A DNA stretch of 63,964 nt, filler included, from Stramenopiles sp. TOSAG23-3 (Eukaryota), in NCBI GenBank assembly GCA_900128585.1. It is 4 parts of 4 records of this genome, joined end to end, with 100 filler letters (N's around TTAATTAATTAA, not from the genome) between each part and the next. Parts side by side here need not be neighbours in the genome. Positions count along the whole stretch, not along the records: positions 29,847 to 59,509 come from LT642234.1; positions 59,610 to 61,737 come from LT645048.1; positions 61,838 to 63,964 come from LT645049.1; 1 more part is not named here. The stretch is one strand, 5' to 3'. Positions 57,264 to 63,964 of the stretch are shown here, piece by piece (the stretch's first letter is position 1; every line of letters begins with the position of its first letter). A model generated the notes under the pieces. The model was not told the origin of the DNA, did not search any database, and saw nothing but the letters and a program-made list of their open reading frames with translations. Position numbers and translations under genes: made by a program.

Positions 57264-58667
57264 TCACTCGTTCTGGGGCCTGTTGTACTTTTCCTCGATG
57301 AAGCACAGCACGCACACCAGGACCAATCCAATGGTAACTGTCATGATCAAATTCATCGAAGTCCCGCTCTCTACATTGTTCAGGAATATGGTAATGCACG
57401 AGGTTGCGTTAAGGAGAAGCACCAGAATTCCCGCGGACATGCCCTCTTTCAGGGGGTAAATGATCTCTGCCGAGAGTTCGTAGAACAGCGGTGTTGACAC
57501 GCCAGAAAAAAAACCACTTAAACAAATCGCGAGCACCAGCGCAGCTTCACTTGGCCGCGCACTGGCGCTACCCCAGATCATCACAGTGAACCACGCCGTC
57601 GATAACAGGCAGCCGAACAGGCCAGCAATTATACCAATCTTAAGTCGGCGCGAAAAAAAGTTGTCGATGACCCAACCACTTAGAAAAGCCCCTATATTTT
57701 GGGCAAAACCATTTCCAAACCCGATCGTACTGGCGACATTCCTATCGATTCCAACAGGCACCAGAATTGACTGGAACAGACTCCCCCAACCTGATTGCAA
57801 ACCGGAGAGAATCGATGCGGACACAATCAGAACCACAAAGGAGCGATTTTTGCCAGCAGCCAAAAGCTTTTCTAACCACGTCTTTCCCGATGTTGATGTT
57901 GGATCGTCTCGTTTTGCCAAAAGCTCTTCGGACCGGCTGACCTCGGCCGCCCGGCTTGGCGGGAATTTAGGGTGGGCCGGCAGATACACCATTGCGCATA
58001 CAAGTGGGACCACAGAAAGGCCAAGGCTAAGCCAGAATATATTAGGCACTTGACCTGGCTCGAGTGTTAACCACTGGGGGTTTAAAAACCCAATCGTGGT
58101 TCCAAGGGCATTTGCAGTCGTTGCAATTGCAGTAGCCGTGGTACGTTCGTTCTCAAGAAACCATATTTTTGAGAGAGCCGTGACGGTTCCCATAAAAAAC
58201 GGCCCGGCCGCTGCAATAAAAATTTGCCCTCCGTGATAGCACACGAACGCCAGGTCTGACTGTACAAATGCAGTGTGGCCCGCAGCATTGGCATAAATGA
58301 TGGGAACGCATCTCAAAATGTTCCCCAATAGCACGAGAACAATGCCAATCCAGCAGCCTTTTTTAAACCCCTCCGGTTGCTCGAGCAGCCAGGTCTGGGG
58401 ATAGAAAGTCAACACCCCTATTATGGGCCCCCAGTTCAACAAAAGGTCGAGAGTATCGTGATCCATTTTGTCTCCAAAAAAGGACTGCATCGTGGCCTCA
58501 TCCGTCGATGAGAATGAAAACCAAGAGAGGCACTGATTGCAGTTGCTCAACGAAAAATAAAACAAAATAAACCAACGCCACGGGGTGCCTCTATAGACCA
58601 CCGGCTTGCTGCCCGGCTCTACCCCACCGTACCGTCCCGATTCACCGTTCAATAAGTGCGCCTCCAT
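57264..58667 (-). CDS. MFS transporter, SLC49 (FLVCR/DIRC2)-like
   Basis: YRGTPWRWFILFYFSL, LSKIWFLENERTTATAI, PKFPPSRAA and PLFYELSAEIIYP; about 12 TM. Confidence 0.9.
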   Translation of the reverse strand: MEAHLLNGESGRYGGVEPGSKPVVYRGTPWRWFILFYFSLSNCNQCLSWFSFSSTDEATMQSFFGDKMDHDTLDLLLNWGPIIGVLTFYPQTWLLEQPEGFKKGCWIGIVLVLLGNILRCVPIIYANAAGHTAFVQSDLAFVCYHGGQIFIAAAGPFFMGTVTALSKIWFLENERTTATAIATTANALGTTIGFLNPQWLTLEPGQVPNIFWLSLGLSVVPLVCAMVYLPAHPKFPPSRAAEVSRSEELLAKRDDPTSTSGKTWLEKLLAAGKNRSFVVLIVSASILSGLQSGWGSLFQSILVPVGIDRNVASTIGFGNGFAQNIGAFLSGWVIDNFFSRRLKIGIIAGLFGCLLSTAWFTVMIWGSASARPSEAALVLAICLSGFFSGVSTPLFYELSAEIIYPLKEGMSAGILVLLLNATSCITIFLNNVESGTSMNLIMTVTIGLVLVCVLCFIEEKYNRPQNE

Positions 58668-59509
58668 GCTGACGACGAGTTGCTATGGCGTATATAAGTA
58701 TGAAAAATAGAATGGAACGGTTTGGGCAAATGGTGTTTTGAAGGCTTACCTTGCTGTTTGCAAACTGTGTTGACCACATCATGTGGTGGATTTTTGTTGT
58801 TTGCTTGCCGTATGTATACGAAATATTATTTTTGCTTTTATTATTAGCTAATAAAATATTATTTTATTTATAATATTATTATATCGATCTTCTTCTTCTT
58901 CTTCTTCTTCTCGGTGGTGAAAATTGGTTTTTTTCACCTAATAAATTTCAGTACGTATTATTACAGGAATTAATGGTGATTTTTAAGTAATACATATAAT
59001 TAGCATAGAAGTGTGTTTTTATTTCAAAACAACAAATGGTTTAGTTTATTTTCACTACTATACCAATTGTTATAGGCTAATGTATATTACAAGTACGATA
59101 TTACAAGTTTTTCCTTTTTTTTGCATTACTTACGAGAGTACGTAGTACCGGTATTTCTATGATGGTGGATGCTGTGTTGTTACGGTACTGTATAATAATC
59201 GTTTTTATATATTTTTTTTATTATTATTATGATCATTCTCTTCTTTCTTCAGTTTCAACATACGAGGATAGTCGTCGTCTATCTAATTAGATCCAACCGG
59301 TTTCCATTTCCATGTGAACAATCTATTCCAATAAAACAAACACACCCCACAGTCGCAGTCTGTTTCCTTTTCCTTTTCCAATATATGATATACGTATTTT
59401 ATTATCATTTCATCTACGGCAAACGCATTATTGTAAACAACAATACAAAACACTGAACAAGAAGAAGACGGTCGGTCTTACGTCCATATTTAACACAAGA
59501 AAAAAACGA

Positions 59510-59609
59510 NNNNNNNNNNNNNNNNNNNNNNNNNNNNNNNNNNNNNNNNNNNNTTAATTAATTAANNNNNNNNNNNNNNNNNNNNNNNNNNNNNNNNNNN
59601 NNNNNNNNN
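59510..59609. other. Artificial contig linker N44-TTAATTAATTAA-N44
   Basis: Same 100-nt spacer. Confidence 0.98.
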
Positions 59610-59911
59610 CCAGCTTTAAAAAATATAATTAAAAAAATAACATATTATTTTATAACTAATTACTATGAAGAATATATTTTATTTTTATAACGAAATTATG
59701 ATGATATGATGGATGATTGATGAGATAAGTGATCTTATTATTATGTTTAAAGTAAAAAGAAGTAGTAAGTAATTTATACAAATAATATTGCATTGAGTTT
59801 GCGCACTTTTTCTATTTATCCCATTTGTATAATTTGTATACATGTTCTTGTTGTACAAAAGTACTCAGGTTGTATTTAAACCGGGAAAGGTGTTCGTAAG
59901 CCAGTGCAACG

Positions 59912-60565
59912 ATGAGTGAAGAAAAGGAACGTGTAGAAGCAATGAGTGAAACAAAGAGCGAAACAAAGGAACCAGAAGAAGAAGTGGTCGTCGTCGCAAC
60001 GTCCTCGCCGCCACTACCATCGCCACCCGTCATGACCGCGAGAAACGAGGAGACTCTGCCTGCAAAATTGTGCATAGGCCCGACCATAGAATTCCCCCCT
60101 ATAGAAAGTGTTTGTATGAATGGCGATGGGAAAGCCGTGGGGGACATGCAAGATAAATTGGTGCTGGCGCTAATGCCAGCGCTTCAAGACTTAATGTATG
60201 CAGTGGAGAAGCAAGAGAGAAGGAAACGCAAGAAAGTAAGAAAAGGAAAGAAGCAACCGTACGATATAGACCCACTCTCCTTTCTTGCACAACACTTACT
60301 GAAAAACAATGTCACCTACAATAAGATGGACCTTGAACGGGCGCAACATGTCGGTGATGTCGTTGGTGCCTTTAACCTGAAAGCGGGACGGCTCCGCACC
60401 GCCCAAGAATTCTCTCAGTCCGTCATGGTCAAATCGGAGAACAGATATTACCACAAAGTCCAACGGGCACTTGCGATCAAACAGGCCCAGATGGATGCTT
60501 TGGCTGCCAGAGAAAGGCGTAGTCCAAAAAGTCGAAGACGCTCATTATCGCATTCGAAAGAATGA
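59912..60565 (+). CDS. Protein with a Dpy-30/RIIa-like docking-dimerisation motif (possible flagellar protein)
   Basis: LVLALMPALQDLMYAVE...IDPLSFLAQHLLKNN resembles the Dpy-30 motif with a basic insert. Confidence 0.65.
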   Translation: MSEEKERVEAMSETKSETKEPEEEVVVVATSSPPLPSPPVMTARNEETLPAKLCIGPTIEFPPIESVCMNGDGKAVGDMQDKLVLALMPALQDLMYAVEKQERRKRKKVRKGKKQPYDIDPLSFLAQHLLKNNVTYNKMDLERAQHVGDVVGAFNLKAGRLRTAQEFSQSVMVKSENRYYHKVQRALAIKQAQMDALAARERRSPKSRRRSLSHSKE

Positions 60566-60984
60566 GCTGTTCTTCGCGCGCACGTGCGCAAAGATTTCAT
60601 TTGTGCTTCTATTTTATCATTCTTAACATATTATATATAAAAGGATCCCTTTTTTCTCGGTTTTCATCTTTTAGATGACAGGCACAGGTATTTAATACTA
60701 CCCAAACGTACTTAAATAATTATCTTACTCCTATCAAAAAAGGCGCCGGGCAGTGATTCGCCACTCGCCACTGTTCTTCTTCGTTCTTCCACCCATCACC
60801 ACCGCCGTCGTCGTAAGACATTTATTATTAAAAAAACAAATTATAGTTTGTTTTAAGACGCTCAAAAAAAAAAAGAAGGTAAAAACGTTCAAGAGCCCAA
60901 ACTCCTCCTTGTTCCAGAATACAAAAAAATAGCAAGACATGTAAATAATATATGTACTGACATACGGAAACTGACGCTCCCAGC

Positions 60985-61737
60985 ATGAAATACGGTGCTG
61001 CAGTCTGCACGTTGGCACTTACTGTGCTGACGTTCGCAAAAGATATGAACTCTTCGAAGCATGTCGCGACCTTGTCGAACGTAGGGTTACCGAAGGATAC
61101 TAATGGCAACTTGCTGATAACGGGGGAAGCGAGCGTTTTGAACGATGGGGGTGGCAATTACTACTTTTACTTTAACGATTGGGGAGGGTGTCCTGGCATT
61201 GACTGCTGCAATACCTCTGCGGGGTGTGCGTCTTGCTGCTTTGCGGAGCAACCGTACGTCGACCGTTGTGTTTACACGGACAACCACTCTGTCGTGGTAT
61301 ATCTTACAAATAATTTTGTAGATTTTGAGTACAAAGGAGTTGCTCTAGGACTATTGAACCGGTTGGCCGGGGTTGAATTTCGGCCACATGTTGTTTATAA
61401 CGAGCGGACGGGCACCTACGTAATGTGGTACGAAGATAGGAACTCACAGCAGAAAGGCTACGCCGTTGCGACTTCCAAATCACCGTCGGGTCCGTTTCAA
61501 ACGATCAAAAACTCTGTAAAAATGCACGGCAACGGGAGGGGGGATGGGAGTGGGGACTTTAGTTTGTTTGTTGACGATGATGGCCGAGCTTACCATGTTC
61601 GAGACGGATTTGTGGTGGAACTCTTGGACGAAAACTTCACGGCGGGAACGGGAAAAGTCGGTGAATTCAAGACTCCTAAACCAAGTGAAGGGCCAACATT
61701 TTTCAAGCGAAATGGTACTTATTATATTTTGCCGGGA
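60985..61737 (+). CDS. Secreted glycoside hydrolase family 43-like five-bladed propeller (3'-truncated by contig end)
   Basis: Signal peptide; FRPHVVYNERTGTYVMWY, YAVATSKSPSGPF, GDFSLFVDDDGRAY and EGPTFFKRNGTYYIL. Confidence 0.85.
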
Positions 61738-61837
61738 NNNNNNNNNNNNNNNNNNNNNNNNNNNNNNNNNNNNNNNNNNNNTTAATTAATTAANNNNNNN
61801 NNNNNNNNNNNNNNNNNNNNNNNNNNNNNNNNNNNNN
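61738..61837. other. Artificial contig linker N44-TTAATTAATTAA-N44
   Basis: Same 100-nt spacer. Confidence 0.98.
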
Positions 61838-61883
61838 GAAAGTGTCGCTGGTTGTGTTTCGTGCGTTCTTTTTCCTCGTGCGC

Positions 61884-62525
61884 TCAAGCGCAGGGCGACC
61901 GGGCGACTTCCTTCATCATGATTGGGGTAGTTGGTACGTCGGCAAAACTTCCAATGGTCGTTGTTTGCTGGGATTCGATCTTGTCAACGACGTCCATGCC
62001 GGAGACAACCTTTCCAAACACAGCGTAACCGGCAGAGGATGCCGACTTGTCCAACGACGCGTTGTCCACCGTGTTGATGAAAAATTGAGAGGTGGCACTG
62101 TCCGGGTCGTTCGTCCGTGCCATGCTCAGCGTGCCCCTGGTGTTCAGGTCGCCGGCCTCATTTTTGATCGGCGAGCCTTGCCCCTGCTTCTCACTGGTGT
62201 TTTCGTGGTAAAAGTCCGGAGTGAAGCCACCGCCCTGGACCATGAAGGACTTGATGACGCGGTGAAAGATAGTGTTCGAATAGTATTGCTTGTCCACGTA
62301 TGCAAGAAAATTTTTCACAGTGATCGGGGCCGTTGTCGGGTTTAATTGCGCGATAATGGTCCCCCCGACGCCAGCTGCACCAGCAACCGATATTTTCACG
62401 CAGACCGCGTCTCCCCCAGCCGCCCCAGCCGCCCTGGGAACGGCACGCCGCACCGAGTTCGTTGCTGCCACGGAGAACACGCACATAAATGCCACAAGCA
62501 CTGCGGCAAAACGTTTGTACATCAT
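61884..62525 (-). CDS. Cyclophilin-type peptidyl-prolyl isomerase, bacterial PpiA-like, with signal peptide
   Basis: APITVKNFLAYV, IFHRVIKSFMVQGGG, IKNEA...NTRGTLSMARTNDPDSATSQFFIN and GYAVFGKVVSGMDVVDKI. First ATG is at 62525. Confidence 0.92.
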   Translation of the reverse strand: MMYKRFAAVLVAFMCVFSVAATNSVRRAVPRAAGAAGGDAVCVKISVAGAAGVGGTIIAQLNPTTAPITVKNFLAYVDKQYYSNTIFHRVIKSFMVQGGGFTPDFYHENTSEKQGQGSPIKNEAGDLNTRGTLSMARTNDPDSATSQFFINTVDNASLDKSASSAGYAVFGKVVSGMDVVDKIESQQTTTIGSFADVPTTPIMMKEVARSPCA

Positions 62526-62774
62526 TGTTTGCGTCTGTATGAGAAACACGATAGGAAGTCTTCTTAATAAAATGGCATATGGCAATGGAAGGAAGAGAAA
62601 CGGAAGTCATTAAATGTTTTTAAATATAGAATGAATAAAGATAGATACTTCAAAATGTACCCGTATGTTTGCAGTTTGCACCACCACCACCGACCACCTG
62701 GTTGGTTATAAATGTGTAATGTTGTAGTAGTAATAATATAATAATAATAATACGGTAGACTACTAACTCCTCCC

Positions 62775-62970
62775 TTCTTTCTTCTTCTTCTTCTTCTTCT
62801 TCTTCTTCTTCTTCTTCTTCTTCTTCTTTCTTCTTTCTTCTTTTTCTTCTTCTTCTTTCTTCTTTCTTCTTTCCCTTTTCTTTCTTCTTTCCCTTTTCTT
62901 CTTCTTCTTCTTCTTCTTCTTCTTTCCCTTTTCTTTCTTCTTCTTCTTTCTTCTTCTTCTTTCTTCTTCT
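62775..62970. repeat. Long (TTC)n polypyrimidine microsatellite
   Basis: About 195 nt consisting essentially of only T and C, with TTC periodicity. Confidence 0.95.
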
Positions 62971-63050
62971 ACTTATTCCCTTGTTAACTATAATGATCTA
63001 CAACTACATACAGGTAATAATATAATAATTAAAATCCTTTCTTCTTCTCA

Positions 63051-63964
63051 TTATGGAAAAAACCCAGACCCTCCATCCCCATCGTTCCCACCTTTTAACG
63101 GGAAAATGCCGAGAATGTCCTTGAGGAGTATGTTCCAAACGACCTCGATGATGACTTCTACAAGGATAAGGACAATGATGATGAATTCGAGGCGCATCCC
63201 GTGGGTCTGTTCTTGCTGGGATGCGAGGAGGTCCAAGAGCTCCCGTATGATCTCCATCCGCTGGTTCATCACCTCGATCCGCTTGTCGATGTCCAAGTAC
63301 TCGCGCACGCGATGGTACGTCGGCTCGAACCGGTCTTCGTCCCAGAACACCTCGGGCGTGTCCAAAATGTCGCTGTACAGGTTCACGGAGTTGCGCACGA
63401 TAAAAAGCTCCCCGATCTTTTTGGCGATCTGAATCTGGTTCATCTCGATCTTCCCCGTCGCGGCCAGCTTGCGAGGGTACTCCTTGGTCGCCTCGATCTT
63501 CTCGTCGACCGTTTCCTCGTGAAGGGTGAGCTTGACGGACTGCGCGAACGCCAGGGAGACGGCCATCTTTTCCCCCAGCTCGACGGTCCCAAGCACGGCG
63601 TTGTCGCTGTCGAGGGCGGTCGGGCGGGTCGGTTCGGGTCCACCATCGCGTTCCCGAGACGCCTCGGCCGCCCGGCCGCCGAAGCTGGGCCCGTTCTTCT
63701 TCTGCGGGGCGTACTCGTACGTGATGTCGTCGCTCTCCCGCTGCGACCCGGGAAGGGGATCCTTCGCCGCCCGGGCGACGATGCCCAGAACGCTCCGCTC
63801 CTCGCCCGCGCTGAAGTTCCACAGGACGACGCACCCGAAAGGGAACAAAAACACGTGCTTCTCCACCAGGGCACTGGCATCCTCCCCCCCTCGGGGCATG
63901 ACCGAGGCCCGCGGGGTCGCTGAGCCCTCGCCGAGCAGGGAGCCCCCCCCCCCCCCCCCCCCCC
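63051..63964 (-). CDS. RMD1/RMND1/Sif2 (DUF155) family protein, 5'-partial
   Basis: VFLFPFGCVVLWN, AVSLAFAQSVKL, KKIGELF...VNLYSDILDTPEVFWD, YLDIDKRIEVMNQR and RLEFIIIVLILVEV. The frame stays open upstream of 63899 up to the terminal poly-C run. Confidence 0.92.
   Translation of the reverse strand, partial: GGGGGGGSLLGEGSATPRASVMPRGGEDASALVEKHVFLFPFGCVVLWNFSAGEERSVLGIVARAAKDPLPGSQRESDDITYEYAPQKKNGPSFGGRAAEASRERDGGPEPTRPTALDSDNAVLGTVELGEKMAVSLAFAQSVKLTLHEETVDEKIEATKEYPRKLAATGKIEMNQIQIAKKIGELFIVRNSVNLYSDILDTPEVFWDEDRFEPTYHRVREYLDIDKRIEVMNQRMEIIRELLDLLASQQEQTHGMRLEFIIIVLILVEVIIEVVWNILLKDILGIFPLKGGNDGDGGSGFFP

Noticed and set aside
63943-63964. Terminal poly-C run as poly-Gly coding or a G-quadruplex
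   Set aside because: It is at the sequence end; probably a poly-G sequencing artefact and cannot be evaluated.
1-63964. Operon-like system, provirus, transposase or alternative genetic code
   Set aside because: The genes are functionally mixed eukaryotic loci on four contigs; no viral or transposase motifs were seen, and TAA, TAG and TGA all terminate conserved genes.

Overview
Gene-dense eukaryotic genomic DNA: almost entirely single-exon CDSs separated by very AT-rich, microsatellite-rich spacers. The organism is inferred to be a flagellated protist, possibly a stramenopile (PACRG, EB1-like, Dpy-30-motif and CNBD proteins). The window is four contigs (1-29746, 29847-59509, 59610-61737, 61838-63964) joined by artificial 100-nt linkers (N44-TTAATTAATTAA-N44), so gene neighbourhoods across linkers carry no information. 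About 28 protein genes are supported, including a HECT E3, an ankyrin/U-box E3, alkaline ceramidase, PACRG, TMEM70-like, ARF, an eIF2-alpha kinase, MATE, strumpellin, an SLC49-type MFS, a GH43, a cyclophilin and RMD1. The most notable items are five. (1) A gene missing from the ORF track (1-1924, minus) fuses a degenerate SAM-methyltransferase domain to a class II HDAC domain lacking its catalytic residues. (2) An ATRX-type ADD reader is fused to a SUV39/SETDB1-type SET writer. (3) MsrA, an Rdx/SelW-like CxxC domain and a glutaredoxin are fused in one protein. (4) A 7-TM domain resembling the gustatory/odorant-receptor-like (7TMIC/DUF3537) family carries a long cytosolic N-terminus. (5) A candidate C/D-box snoRNA with a 12-nt guide to 18S rRNA lies inside a putative 5'-UTR intron. 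All family calls come from motif recognition by eye; no searches were run.
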